64,000 nucleotides of DNA, from contig CM069134.1 of the NCBI GenBank assembly GCA_035221665.1, positions 15,066,001 through 15,130,000 of the forward strand, given 5' to 3'. The notes beneath the pieces are model-generated. The model did no database searches. It was not told the DNA's origin and saw only the letters and a list, made by a program, of their open reading frames with translations. Within the stretch, counting starts at the first letter, position 1; each line of letters opens with the position of its first letter. Shown here one piece after another: positions 44,492 to 57,858 of this stretch. The position numbers were made by a program, and so were the translations under genes. The stretch is from Okamejei kenojei (taxonomy: Eukaryota).

Positions 44492-47491
44492 TTTCACTAT
44501 AATAATATTTTTATTAGAAGTAATCCATCATAACAACGGTATAACAACTTTTCAAATACACAACCAACTTATTTCAATACGTATACAAATGTTACAAATG
44601 ATTCTTATAAACTTCTATTTTTTTAGAAAGTAGAAAAAGAAAAGAATAGATTTTAATCAATAAGAATAGTGATTAAATAATAATTTTGATTATATAGAGA
44701 GAGAAAGAGAATAGAGAGAAAAAAAATATATGTATATATTCTTGTTATATATATTTAATTAAAACAAAGTATTATATATATATATAAAAAAGAGATTATA
44801 GTATACATCTTAATAGTTGATAACACAATTTCAAATAGCGATATCAATAGACATGTATACAAATTTAAAAAAAACAGAGAGTTATTTTCATCTAATCCTG
44901 CCGGGTACCCATTGAGTTGTGATGCCAAGAACAGCTACCACTTCAAATATTCTGTATATGGAGACCATATCTGTTCAAAGAGTTTGTGTTTGTCCATTAG
45001 GACAAATCTGATTCTTTCCAAATGCAATGTCACCAACATTTCCACTGTCCACATTTTAATTGTGGGGAATAATGTTCCCTTCCAAAATTTAAATATTATT
45101 TTTTTCCCTGTTATCATACAGTAATCCAAGAAATTTCTTTGGTTTACTGTTAATATTAAATTTGAATCCGGAACTCCTAATAATATTAATTTTGGATCTG
45201 GGTCCAGTTTAATTTTAAGAACTTCAGAGATAACTCTAAAGATTTCTGTCCAATAATAATTGAGTTTTATACGTTACAAAACTATGCGTTAAATTAGCTT
45301 CCAAGTTATGACATTTATCACAAATAGGAGAAATGTTAGGATAAATTCTATTTAATTTCGTTTTTGAATAATGTAATCTGTGTAATACCTTAAATTGTAT
45401 CAATATATGTCTAGCATTTAATGAGCAACGATGTATACGTTGTAGGCTTTCTTCCCAAATTTCCCTCGTTATAGATAAACCTATTTCATTTTCCCATGTT
45501 TGTCGATATATTTCCGAAGTTGGGATTTCCCTATCCAAACTAGTATTGTATATACACGCTATTAATTTTTCTGTATTTGGGTGTTTATTAAACAATTCAT
45601 CTAATAATCCTGGTTTTCTATTTTTATAGTCTTGCGTATTTGACTTAATATAGTTTCTAATTTGTAAATACCTAAATATGTTATTTGACTGCAATCCATA
45701 AATATCCTGTAACTCTTGAAATGAAATAAATTTTCCTTTCTTGTAAAGGTGTTCTATCCTTTTAATTCCTAAATCATTCCAATGTCTAAACCCCTTGTCA
45801 AATACAGAGGGCCTAAACAAGGGATTATTCATAATTGGCAAACAAAGTGACAAATTATCCATATGTAGGGTCTTAACTATTTGATTCCAAATACGTCTAT
45901 TGCTATGAATTATAGGGTTGTCACCATACATTTTTTTTTGTACTTCCCTTGGTGCAAAAAGAATCAAACCTACATCAAAAGGCAAACAGTCTTCCTTTTC
46001 CATCTTTAGCCAGCTTGGTTCATGATCTAAATTTACCAACCAAAAATTCATATTCTTAATCTGAACTGCCCAGAAATAATATAAGAAATTTGGTAGTGCT
46101 AGTCCACCATTTATTTTAGATTTACATAGATGTTTTTTACTTATTCGATGATTTTTATAGTCCCAAATAAAACTATTAACCAAAGTATCTATTTAAAAAA
46201 AAAAAACATTTTAGGGAGATATAAGGGGATGGCTTGAAATAAAATATAACAATTGTGGCAAAAAAAATCATTTTTATAGCATTTATTTCTACCTATCATT
46301 GATATATAGGTAGTGTTTTCCAATATAAAATATATTTTTTTAGTTTATTTAATAATTGAGGGTAATTATATTTAAATAGACAGTTATAGGACTTAGATAC
46401 ATTAATTCCTAGATATTTGAGTTGGTCCGTGACTATTTTAAGTGGGAATTGTTCTAATATATTTAATTTTATTCCAGTTATAGGCATAATTTCACTTTTT
46501 ATTCCAATTAATTCTATACCCAGAAAATGTACTAAATTAGTTATAACATTAAATAGATTGGGAATACTAATCTCTGGTTTTGTAATATAAATTAAGATGT
46601 TCATCTGCGTATAGAGATATTTTATTCGTTGAGTTTTGGTATTATATACATATATTTCTGGTTCTAATCTAATCATTTTGGCTAATGGTTCTATTACCAG
46701 AGCAAATAGTAATGGTGATAACGGGCATCCTTGTCTACAACCCCTAAAGAGATTACATTTTGCTGATAACATTTGATTTGTTAATATTCTTGCAGTTGGA
46801 TCCGAGTATATGATTTTTACCCATTTGGAAAATCTATCCCCCAGTTGAAATTTCTGCTTTATTTTAAATAAATATGGCCATTTTACCTGGTCAAATGCTT
46901 TTTCAGCATCTAAGGATATGACAGCTAGTTCAATATCATTCACTCTTTTTGAGTACATGACATTGAATGACATTGAATCAGATTATAGGATGATTAGCTT
47001 TTTGGAATAAAACCTGTTTGGTCATGCTGTATTAATTTATTAATCACTAAACTTAGCCTCCGAGATAAAATTTTAGTTAGTATTTTTTGATCAGTATTTA
47101 AAAGAGCTATTGCTCTGTATGATCCAGGGTCTTCCAAATCTTTATCAGCTTTAGGGATAAGTGTAATTGTAGATTCATTTAATGATTCTGGTAACTTTCC
47201 TTGTTCATAAGCATATTTATATATTGTATGTAAGCGTGGAGAGATCAAATCATAAAACCTCTTATAAAATTCAACACTTAAGCCATCAGGGCATGCGGCT
47301 TTTCCGTTATTTAATGATCCAATTGATTCTTCAATATCTTTTACTGATATATCAGCATTTAACAAGTCTCTACCTTCCTGATCTAAACTGTTAATATGAC
47401 ATTCTTGTAGGAATGTTTCCATTCCATCTGATTGTCCTGCTAGTTTAGATGAGTAAAGATTTTGATAATATTGTAAATAATATTGTACATT
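44492..47491 (-). mobile_element. L1-clade LINE, 5'-truncated ORF2 plus AT-rich 3' UTR
   Basis: ORFs 46994-47503 (GKAACPDG, SYRAIALLNTDQKIL, DQTGFI), 46296-46973 (SLDAEKAFD, GCRQGCPLSPLLF) and 45236-46183 (GGLALPN, C..C...HSF); 15-bp TSD ATTACTAAGCATTCT at 44477-44491 and 47492-47506. Confidence 0.93.
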
Positions 47492-47541
47492 ATTACTAAG
47501 CATTCTGATTGGCTAACATGCAATAGCCAATCTACATTAGT

Positions 47542-47833
47542 TTTAGTTTTTTTAGTTTTAGAGATACAGCACGGAAACAGGCCCTTCGGCCCACCGGGTC
47601 AGTGCCGGCCAGCGATTCCCGCAAATTAACACTATCCTACACCCACTAGGGACAATTTTTACATTTACCAAGCCAATTAACCTACAAACCTGGAGTGTGG
47701 GAGATAACCGAAGATCTTGGAGAAAACGCAGGTCATGGGGAGAACGTACAAACTCCGTACAGGCAGCACCCATAGTCAGGATCGAACCATTCGCAGTAAG
47801 GCAGCAACTCTACCGCTGCGCCATCGTGACCAG
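47542..47833 (-). mobile_element. HE1-like V-SINE
   Basis: Same tail, V-domain and head as the other copies. Confidence 0.85.
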
Positions 47834-48292
47834 CCTAAATAAATAAAATGATGGTATTTGCTAAGTCTTTGATTCTCGGCAATATTTCACCGTTTTGTAG
47901 AGTGAAATTCACCAAGGCAAAATGTGAATTGTTGGACGAGCTGCTTTGGCAATTATCTGGCTGCTGGCATTATCTTGAAGCCTGCACTTATCTTGCTGAG
48001 CAGTATATCTTCCTGAGTTTTCATATTTATACCATTTCTCAGCTTCTAAACTGCCCTGATTATCAACCCCAAATCACTCCTGGTACCCTAAATCATACAC
48101 TTCAATATTTGTCATTGAATTTAGGTCTACAATTCTCGTGGGGAGTGCATAATATCGATTTCGGTCATGGGGCAAAGAATTGGGCCAATTTTGATTTCAT
48201 ATAAGAGTCAAGAGTAATTTTCCAGTCTGGTTTTCTCAAATGATTTCTCAAATCAATTGAATTGAGATCAACTCAAATCAATTGACTTCATG

Positions 48293-48470
48293 TTCAAGTT
48301 TACATTTATTGTCACTGTACCAATTGGGTTGCCATACAGTCATATAAATAAAAAGAACACAAGACACGATAGAATTTAACATGAACATCCCCACACAGCG
48401 GAATCAACGTTTCCCACTGTGAGGGAAGGCAATAAAAGTTCAGTCCTCTTCCTCTATGTTAACCCGTGGT
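48293..48470 (-). mobile_element. 3' tail fragment of the CpG-rich retroposon family
   Basis: CATCCCCACACAGCGGAATCAA...CCCACTGTGAGGGAAGGC matches 27090-27140. Confidence 0.7.
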
Positions 48471-48578
48471 CTTGATATATATTGTTATGTATCAATATAT
48501 ATCAGCACACCATAAGGCGTAGGACAGCAGGTTCTACCGCCCTTTGAGGTCGCTCTACCATTCAGGAAAATCAAGCCA

Positions 48579-48689
48579 ATTAGATCTATGAGCTCAACTC
48601 CATTTGCAATCTAGTCCCTACAACTCTTGATTCCTTGATTAGATCTATGAGCTCAACTCCATTTGCAATCTAGTCCCTACAACACTTGA
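48579..48689. repeat. Local tandem duplication (59-bp period) within a decayed CR1 3' end
   Basis: ATTAGATCTATGAGCTCAACTCCATTTGCAATCTAGTCCCTACAAC at 48579 and 48638. Confidence 0.9.
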
Positions 48690-49011
48690 AGAAATGACTC
48701 TTCTTCTCAGTCTAAAATAATTACTACCTTACTTTGAGATTTTGCATCTCAATTCTAGTTCAGCCAGGAGGCAATACATTTGCACAGCCTCCATCCCTGT
48801 TAACTTTCAAGAATATTATATGCTTCGTTTTGAACACCTCATGTACTCTTAAACTCCAGACAGTTGAATCACAAAGCCTTTCAACTGCAAAGGCCCTTTT
48901 GTTCATTTTTTTAATTTCCCAAATAAACGTTCTACTTATTGACAATTAAAGTTGTGCTCTTTAGGTTGTTGTTTTCACAAATAAAATTGAGTGAATCTGC
49001 AACTCTTTTCT

Positions 49012-49300
49012 GTTTAGTTAAGTTTAGAGATACAGTGTGGAAACAGGCCCTTCAGCCCACTGAGTCTACACCGACCAGCGATCCCCGCTCATAAACACTA
49101 CCCGATATACACAAGGGACAATTTACATTTACACCAAGCCAATTAACCTACAAACCTGTGCGTCTTTGGAGTGTGGGAGGAAACCGAAGACCTTGGAGAA
49201 ATCCCACGCAGGTCATGGGGAACATACAAACTCTGTTGTCAGGATCAAACCCGTGTCTCTGGCGCTGTAAGGCAATAGCCCTACCGTTGTGCTACCGTGC
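49012..49300 (-). mobile_element. HE1-like V-SINE
   Basis: Closely similar to 2155-2461. Confidence 0.85.
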
Positions 49301-49604
49301 CTTGTGGTCTTGAACTATGCCAGGAGTGTGTACGTAAATTTCTCAACATACCCTGAGTTTAGAGTCATTTCAATCACAGCTTTCCATTTGTCTGACAGTG
49401 GGTTTAAAATTGTTATATCACTCAATATAGTTAAGAGACTGAAGGCAATGTAATGGAATGAAATTTGCCAATGCAATAGAAAGCATAAGGTGATGAAGGT
49501 GATTTTGGTTGTAAGATGGAATGAGACTTGATGCAATTTGCAGTTTAATTCTAGGATATAGCACACACTGTTATTAGAGCCTCTCACTATGAAGTGAATA
49601 TTAA

Positions 49605-49922
49605 TGGGCCTGTCCCACTGTACGAGCTAATTCAAGAGTTCTCGCGAGTTTCCCCTGATTCGAACTCGGAGAATTACGATAATGGCCGCTCATAGGTACT
49701 CGGGGCTCTCGTGGACATTTTTCAACATGTTGAAAAATCTTCACGAGTATTCACGAGCTTACCGCGTTTTCCGAGTTACTGCCGTTAGCGTTACGAGCCG
49801 CTAAGTGACGCCCCGAACTCCGACGTACCCTCTACATACATTCTACGTGCTTACCACAAATTTGATTTTTTTTTTAAACTCGGGAGAACTCTTGAATTAG
49901 CTCGTACAGTGGGACAGCCCCT
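49605..49922. mobile_element. PIF/Harbinger-type MITE, related to 24813-25179
   Basis: TIRs TGGGCCTGTCCCACTGTACGAGCTAATTCAAGAGTTCTC / GAGAACTCTTGAATTAGCTCGTACAGTGGGACAGCCCCT; TAA TSD. Confidence 0.9.
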
Positions 49923-50749
49923 TAACCCTATTTTAAATTAGAACAATGCAGTGCAGTGTCCATTGTTTTTAATTGAGTATTGCTTGAGTTTGTTGAGCAG
50001 ACAGTTTTGTTTTCCATTTCATTCGGTAATGGTTGATCAGAAACTCTTGGCAAAAAAAATCTGTTTGTACGATATCATGAAACATACTGCTCACCGTGGC
50101 TGTTCCACTCCCTGCTCAATAAATCTACCTTGTTGTCAACTTCATATACATTAGTTCAACATCCTATTCAAGTTTTGTTATTGCGGATGCAAGTGTTATT
50201 AAATGTACAAAACAGCGGATTACAAATCATTACTTCATGGCATTTTCAAAGAGTGAATCTAGAAGTATTTGGCAGGAACACATTTTGTTTCACATCATTC
50301 ATGTTCAATTGATTTTGTGTGCTTCTTGCAGAAGATTAGTCTGTTCCTGCAAAATGACTACAATTTTTGTAGGTGGTTTTGTTCAGCTACTGGTTAAATG
50401 TAATGAGAGCTTGAAAGTGATTCCAGTGGCAAAACAGATGAACAATTATAGAATAATAATCGCCAGAAACCTCTCCCAGACTTAAATGGGTGTCTCGATC
50501 TGCATTGGTAGAGAATAGCAAAGAAGACACAAAGATTCTGCAGGTGGATGCAGATAGCTGAACTGAAAAGACAAGAAATTGCCAGATGACACCTGAGTTA
50601 CCTTTGGCAGGTAAAATAAAGGAGTATTCTAAGAGATTCTACAGGTCTAATAAGGCAAATAGTTCACTAGGGAAAGAAGAGATCACCTGAAACAGAGTTC
50701 AGAAAGGAGATAGTAATATTGGCGCAACAGCTCAGTAATATGGTGTAAA

Positions 50750-51860
50750 GACACCAACCTCTCCCTTAATATCAGCAAGATGGAAGAGGCAATCATTGAC
50801 TTCAAGAAAAGGGGTGGTAAGCACCCTCATATCCGCATAAGTGGTTACAAAAGTGGCAATAGTCGGGAGCTTTAAGTTCCAGCGGGAAGTGCTTCAAAGA
50901 GTTTGTGGCCAGGGTGAGAGGGGTCAGAGATGATCTTACCCGCTCGCATCCTGGCCCTTGCAGTGGTACAGTTCATCAATGGGGGGGGAATAATTAAAAT
51001 GTCAGTTCTTAGAGAAGAACGGATATTCAGGAATCGGCATAATTTTTTTAATTCAATTTTGATAATATTGATCATTAGAATTGATAATTAGAAAGGTGAT
51101 AGAGTGTAATTTCATTAGTCAGAGGGTGGTGAAACTGTGGAAATCATTGCCACAGACTGCAGTGGAGGCCAAGTCATTGGGTATTTTGAAAGCGGAGATT
51201 GACAGGTTCTTGATGTGTCAGGGCGTTGAAGGTTACCGGTAGAAGACAGGAGAATGGGGTTGAGAGTTAAAGATAGATCGGCCACGATTGAAAGACGGAA
51301 TAGACTTAATTGAATGGCGGAATAGACTTCATTCTCCATCATGGTCTGGTTTGGCTCAGCCATCAAGCACGACATCCGGAAGCTGCAGCGAATCGTCCGA
51401 TCAGCTGAGAATGTCGGTGGCTGCAACCTTCCCTCCCCATTGACGAACTGTACACTGCAAGGGCCAGGATGCGAGCGGGTAAGATCATCTCTGACCCCTC
51501 TCACCCTGGCCACAAACTCTTTGAATCACTTCCCCCTGGAAGGCGACTCCGGACTGTCAAAACAGCCAAATAAAAACATATTTTTTCCACGACCAGTAGC
51601 TCTACTCAATAACCAAAAGTCTGTAGCCTCCTTTTGCTCTGGTATTTTATTTCATTCACATGTTTAAACTATGTTTAATTCTTAATGTTTAATGTTTCAT
51701 TCTTAATTGTTTACTGTATGTCATGTTGTTACTTGCGAGTGGAGCACCAAGGCAAATTCCTTGTATGTGTAGATACTTGGCCAATAAACTTATTCATTCA
51801 TTCATTCATTGGTCGAATGCCCTAATTCTGCTCCTATAACTTATGAATTTATGAACAATT
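50750..51860. mobile_element. Cluster of Rex-Babar-like pieces (50750-50985; + strand 51330-51810 with (ATTC)n tail) and a CR1 3' end (+, from 51115)
   Basis: ORF 51341-51667 VWFGSAIKHDIRKLQRIVRSAE; ORF 50872-51075 RAGKIISDPSHPGHKLFEALP; the CR1 tail resumes at about 51810. Confidence 0.75.
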
Positions 51861-51864
51861 TCTG

Positions 51865-54320
51865 GGATCTGGGCATCATAGGCAAGGCTCACATTTATTG
51901 CTGATTCCTAACTGGCCTTGAGAAGATATTGGTGACCATTTCTTCAACTGGTATGGTCGTTCTGATAAAGACAGGATGGTGTTCGACCCGGAAGAGAACC
52001 TGCAGATAATGGTATTCCCGTGCACTTGCTGCTCTGCACAGCCGTTTTTTGGTAATATTGGGTGCACTTTTGGGAAATGTTGCAGGAGAGTAAATGTAGT
52101 ACACTTTGTAAACGGTACAAAATGTGTGTCAGTGCAGAACCAAATCAATATTTTGGGTGGTAAATGGGAAATTCATCAAGCGAGCTTTTTGAAGGTAGAC
52201 AAAAAAGCTGGAGAAACTCAGCGGGTGAGGCAGCATCTATGGAGCGAAGGAAATAGGCAACATTTCGGGCCAAAACCCTTCTTCAGACTGATGTGAGGAT
52301 GGGGGGAGGGGGGGGCGGGAAGAAGAAATGGAGAGGTGGAGCCAGTGGGCTGAGGGGGAACTGAGAAGGGGAGGAGAAATTAGGGACTACCTGAAATTAG
52401 AGAAGTCAATGTTCATACCGCTGGGATGCAAACTGCCCAAGTGAAATATGAGGTGCTACTCCTCCAATTTATGGTGGTCCTCACTCTGGCCATGGAGGAG
52501 GCCCAGGACAGAAAGGTCGGATTCGGAATGGGAGGGGGAGTTGAAGTGCTGAGCCACCGGGAGATCAGGTTGGTTATTGCAAACCGAGCGGAGGTGTTCG
52601 GCAAAGCGATTGAAGGTTGTTGTAACTGCATTCATCAATATAATGACCTTCTGACACACGTCAAGGACCCAGCACTGGACCAAGGGGACACCTCTAGCGA
52701 GTTCAAAGAGATAAACAAAACACAAAGTGCTGGAATAACTCAGCGTGTCAGGCAGCATCTCTGGAAGGAATGAATAGACGGTGTTTCTGTTTGGAACCCT
52801 TTTTCTGAATAGACTCCTGACGTGCCTGTAGATGGCGGAAAGGCCTTGTGACGGACGAATGTGAGCCACTCAGCACAGAGTCACCAGTGTCTAACCTGTT
52901 CTCACAGCCACTGTCTGCATGTGTTTCTGGTCAATGGTGTGGGATTTGGTGATCTTAATGCTGTTGAAAGTTCCCAGCTTTTGAGGTAGTTGGTGTCTCC
53001 TTTGTTGGAGAGGGTAATTGTCAGCAACCTTTGTGGCACAAACACCACTTGCCTCTTGCCAGCCCATGACTGAATGCTGTCTAGATCTTGATACATTGAG
53101 GTTCAGACTGCTTCATTTACTATGGAGTTGAATAACATTGAACATTGACCTTATGATGGAAGGACTGTTGAAAAGATGGTCATTGATGAAGCAGTTGAAA
53201 ATGGTTTGGCTTAGGACATTGCACTGAGGTACACATACAATGATGTCCTAGCACTGGGATGATGGACCTCCCACAGCCTTCTTCCTTTCTGCAAAGACAT
53301 TTCGCCAACCATTGGAGATTTCTTCTTTGATGCCCTTTGATTTCAGTTTTACCAGATGCCACACTTCATCCAATGCAGGCTTGATATGTTAATATACACG
53401 CTACCTAGTGCAGACTGTCTCAGGTAACTATGTCTTTCAAAATGCTGGATAAACTCAGCTGGTGCAGCAGCATCTATGGAGCGAAGGAAATAGGCAACCT
53501 TTCGGGCCGAAAACCTTCTTCTGACCTCGTCCAGTTTGGTCTGTAGTGTTTCCATCATGGCACTCTTGGTGATGGCTATTGAAGTACCACACACAGAGCG
53601 TATTCAGTCACTTTGCTAACTTCTGTGTTTTTGCCAAGTGTTGTTCAACATGGAGAATTGCTGGAGGAGCATTCATCAAGACGGTAGATGGTATCCTGAT
53701 GGTAGGTTCCTTGTCTAAGTTTGGTCTGATACCAGACGATTTCTCAGAGCTTGGAGCAAAGAACAACTCTCTCTCGAGCCTGAATACCACTGCGCTATAC
53801 CACCTCAGGTGAATCTGACCTCCCTGTAGGACAGCATTCATACAAGGGATGTAATGGAGAAATCTGGCACATTGCCTGGGAAAAATATTTTTAAGTACAA
53901 TCATATCAGGTCTCCTAATTTAGTCACCAACTGCAAATGCTTGTCAGATGGACTTGGCAAAGTTAACTAGTTTGGAACAACTTTGCCGTGTCAGAATGGA
54001 AGCTTGAGTTGTTGCCAGGTGATCTATCTGGTTCCATTCTTTATCTGTTTTAATGTAGCAGTAGTGGTCAACTGAAGTCTTGCATACACTTCAGACTGCA
54101 CTTGAGAGTCAACCAGATGAATTGGGTCAGGAATTATATGAAAGCCAGACCGAGTAAGGATGGCAGATTTCTACCTCCCCTGAAGAGCATTATTGAGCCT
54201 GATGTGTTTTTACATTAATCCAGAGTGTTAATCTAATAGTTATTTGTGGGATTTGAATTGGGGTTTCTGCATTGTTAGTACAAGCCTCTGGATTACAGGT
54301 CTGTACCAACGCCAGATCCT
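51865..54320 (-). mobile_element. Ancient degraded CR1-type LINE with tRNA-like 5' region and Penelope inserts
   Basis: ORF 52902-53096 YQDLDSIQSWAGKRQV.F.PQ; same 3' end as 29245; head-like block at 54245-54320 is also seen at about 4740-4830. Confidence 0.55.
52195..52610 (-). mobile_element. Penelope-like 3' fragment (endonuclease C-terminus plus terminal repeat)
   Basis: ORF 52456-52869 RFAEHLRSV...DLPVAQHFNSPSHS; hammerhead core at 52259-52286. Further terminal fragments at about 52712-52810 and 53435-53525. Confidence 0.85.
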
Positions 54321-54679
54321 ATTTTTGGAATACAAATTGGTTGTACAGTAAAACATCTCTGCTTTGAGAAAATGTTGACTTGTGTGAGGACTAAGATCTA
54401 TTTTTTTTTTCCACTTGCACTGGTCAGGCAAACGCCTCCGTTGCCATGCTGTGAAAACGGAGAGGATGAGAAGGCGTTTTTCCCCAGAGGCCATTAGGAC
54501 TGTAAACTCCTATCTTACCAGGGACTAACTTACTCTACCAATTTACTGTTGTGTGGTGTCTTTTTTAAATTGCTGTTTTTTTTCTTTTTTTTCCTCCCCC
54601 AAATATGTGAATATGTGATTCTGTTCCATTCTGTTTTGTAATTTTTTTGCACAATCCGCGAGCATTGCCACTTTTTCAT

Positions 54680-56930
54680 TTTACTTCGGAGTCACGTGAG
54701 TGACTACGTGAAAATGCCCCGCCAGGCGCATGCGCGTCCGGCGCATGGCGCACCGACGGGCTGGAGAGCGCAGCTCCACCAGCGGTAAGTAGCAAACCTG
54801 CAGGTAAGTCAATTTCAAACTTTCCCTGCGAGTATTTAAACTCTGTAAGTCTGGCTTGGGAGCCAGCGGGAGTTAATGGTAATGGAGGGTGTTGGTAAGA
54901 AAACTGTCCGGAGTAGGAGCGGAACGCGCGGGCCCGTGGTTCCAGCTCGCAGATCGGGTCGAGAGATAACGGCTGCTGTAATGCCAGCTCCGATACCGGC
55001 TGCTGTTCTACCGGCAGCTCAACTGCCTCCATCAGCTCCAGTGCTTCAGGGCACTGAGGCCACTCCACCAGGAAGGAAGTCCAAGAGAAAATCTCTCAGG
55101 CCCGTTTTATCTGACGGGTCTGATGATGGGGAAGACTCCCCTCCTGATAATAAAAAGGTATTGGGACCAGATGGAGAAGAGGCTCCAAACTCTAATGAGC
55201 CATGAGATTTTTCAATCGGGGTCGAATGCCCCTAGGATTCCCCAGGCAGCCTCACATTGAGGCCCATACAGTGAAGATTACACTGCTTATCAATATCAGT
55301 GGGAATCACCCTCTCCAGCACCTCGTTTAGGGCTGGAAGAGACCTACCTGGAGCAAGACTCGGGAGAGCCAGGGCAGGAGGAGTCTGACCCTGAAGCTGG
55401 TGTCACTGCTTTTGAGCACACACCAAAGCACATGAGCCATGCTCCAGGTGTCCCAGATGTAGCAAGGAATTTTGCTATTCTGGAAGGTACTGGTGAGGCC
55501 ATGGAAGAAAACCTGGCGGCCAATATCAATTACATGGCCTCTCACCAGCTGCAGGATACAATCATGGAAGAAACAGCCACCAGATACAAAACACCTGTCA
55601 ATTGTGCGTCGCTCAAAGTGCCCACTGTGAACTCTGCTATATGGGCACAAATGAGTGCAACGATGCGGGGACAAGAAATCTGTTTCCAGCATGTCCTCAA
55701 ATTGGTGGGAGCAGGCATCACGGCATTTGGCAAAATGGTCCGAGGGGCACCAATGTCCGGCACACAGCAGGATATGCTGGCCCTGCTGCATAACGCATAT
55801 TTCAAGGTAAACTGTATAAGGAAAATAGCCATAAAACCTACGCTGAACCCGTGATTTGCAGCTTTATGTAGGTCCACCAATATCCAAGCCCCAGATTGTT
55901 TATTTGGGGTGGACCTCCTCAAACAAGTCAAAGACCTGGAGGAAGAGGCCAAGACATACGTCCCTTCCGCCAGGATGCAACCTCGCAGGTCATTTTCAGC
56001 GCGAAGGGGGTCAGATCCAGGGGCAGGGCCAAGCAGAGTGGGGCCAGTGGGATGACAGTATTACCCACCTGTATATCCCAACTACAACCCCAGTATGGCG
56101 AAAAGGACAAGAACTCCGAGGTCGACTGTAGAGGTATGGGTGATTCATTCTGTCCAGGATAAAATTTCTGGGGGTAGGTTGCAGTTATTTTATAGAATAG
56201 AATAGAATAGAATGGCCTTTTAATGTCACTATACACATGTACAATGAGATTAAAAACTGCTCCTACTCAGCGTAAAAACAAAAAGGGGGGGGGGGGGGAA
56301 TAAGGTGCACAGTTTCTGAGGCACTATATACATATCTATAAAAGACAATGGATAAGTAGAATTACAGTTACAGTACAAATTACAGTAGGTGGATAGATGA
56401 AAGTCCGGGGGTTAGGCTGTGAAGTCAGTGCATTTGTGAGTTCAGGGAGATAAAGGATTTTGGAAAGAAAAGAAACTGTTCTCGAGTCTATTTGTCCTTG
56501 TGCTGGTGCACCTATAGCGCCTCCCTGAGGGCAGCAGGTTGAACAGGCCAAATGCAGGATGGGAGCTGTCCTTAATAATGTTCTTCGCCCTGCTGAGGCA
56601 GCGGGAGGTGTAAATGTCCATCAGAGAGAGGAGAGGGCAGCCGATGATCTTCTGTGCTGCCCTAACTACCCTCTGAAGCCTCTCCCTGTGTGCCATGGTG
56701 CAGCTGCCGTACCATGCTGTAATGGTTATGATGAATGATTCAGCATAACATCTGATTGGTTTATACTGGACACCGTATCAGGATCTCGAATAGGGTTTAT
56801 GTCAGGAATTGATCCACCTGTACATAATGTGCCTGGTCGGGTATTGTTTTTTTCTGGACCAGAAACTCAGCAGGTAAAAGAAGAAATTACGGTTTTGTCC
56901 CAAAAAAGGGTAATTGAGAGGACGACATAC
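54680..56930 (+). mobile_element. DIRS-like (tyrosine-recombinase class) retrotransposon, 5' part: gag-like ORF1 and RT N-terminus; truncated
   Basis: ORF 55432-55854 YKTPVNCASLKVPTVNSAIWAQM..MRGQE..FQ (DIRS ORF1-like); GGRLQLF at about 56170; ITSDWFILDTVSG.RIGF...EEITVLSQKRVIE at 56745-56920. No recombinase is present in the window. Confidence 0.7.
56192..56720 (-). mobile_element. Rex-Babar-like 3' fragment inserted in the DIRS-like RT
   Basis: ORF 56442-56696 RERLQRVVRAAQKIIGCPL...IIKDSSHPAFGLFNLLPSGRRY; (TTCTA)n tail. Confidence 0.82.
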
Positions 56931-57094
56931 CATCGTAGGCAGATGGAAAATGTGAATATGCGAAAATGTGAGATTATCCACTTTTCGGAAGTTTAAAAAG
57001 CAAATTATTATTTAAAATAGAATGATACGACAAAATATTTTGGGACCCAGCTGACCCAAGGTTGGCTTTCAGGTACAATAATCAATCAAAAGAC

Positions 57095-57490
57095 CAATCA
57101 ATCAAAAGACTTTATTGTCATTCAAAAATACACCAATGAATGCAAGTCTGAACGAAATGTTGTTGCATCTGGCTCACCGTGCAACATAGCATAACAAAAG
57201 GATAAAATAGATAAAAAGATAAAATAGATAATGGGGCGGCTCATTATATGGAATTCAAGAGCCTGGTGGCGCAGGGGAAGAAGCTGTTGCCGAAGTTGGC
57301 CGTTCTGCTCCTTTCTGCGATACCTTTTGCCCGAGGGCAGCAGAGTGAACAGTCCATGACGGAGATGTGTGGGGTGTTTTAGGATGCCGTTGGCCTTGGA
57401 CAAGCAACGTTTGCACACAATGTCCCGGAATGAAGGAAGAGAAGTCCCGATTATTTTTTCAGCCGTCCTCACCACTCTCTGCACGGAGGG
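57095..57490 (-). mobile_element. Rex-Babar-like 3' fragment
   Basis: ORF 57122-57514 VQRVVRTAEKIIGTSLPS...LFTLLPSGKRYR. Confidence 0.8.
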
Positions 57491-57858
57491 ATAGGTGATC
57501 ATATTGAGAAACATGGAGTTGTAAGGGGATGTAAAGGGTGAATGCTATGAGGATGCTCAGTGGGGTATCCTGTTTCAAAATAATGGGTCATCTACAGGAG
57601 TTGTGACGTTTTTGAATTCTCTATCCCATACAGCTTTAGAGGTGAATTTATTAAACCTGAATTTAACATATATTTCAATGACAACGGGGCATAGGAATAA
57701 AGCAGGAATGGATTATCAATAATTTTGTTGAGTATTGGCACAGGCTTGGGGAACCCATTAGCCTCCTGCTGATCGCGTTTCTTTTGTTTACTTTGTTACG
57801 TTTTGGTTGTGATTGCCCAGGATGATGTTTCTGCTCTAGAGTCACATTGGAAACTTTA

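Larger units (their letters stand above)
41274..47536 (-). mobile_element. Ty3/Gypsy LTR retrotransposon (Mag-like), decayed; 5' LTR split by an L1 insertion, 3' LTR truncated
   Basis: TG...CA termini; LTR match between 41274-41350 and 44320-44398; 5-bp TSD TTAGT at 41269-41273 and 47537-47541; PBS at 44309-44319; order gag-PR-RT-RH-IN. Confidence 0.92.
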
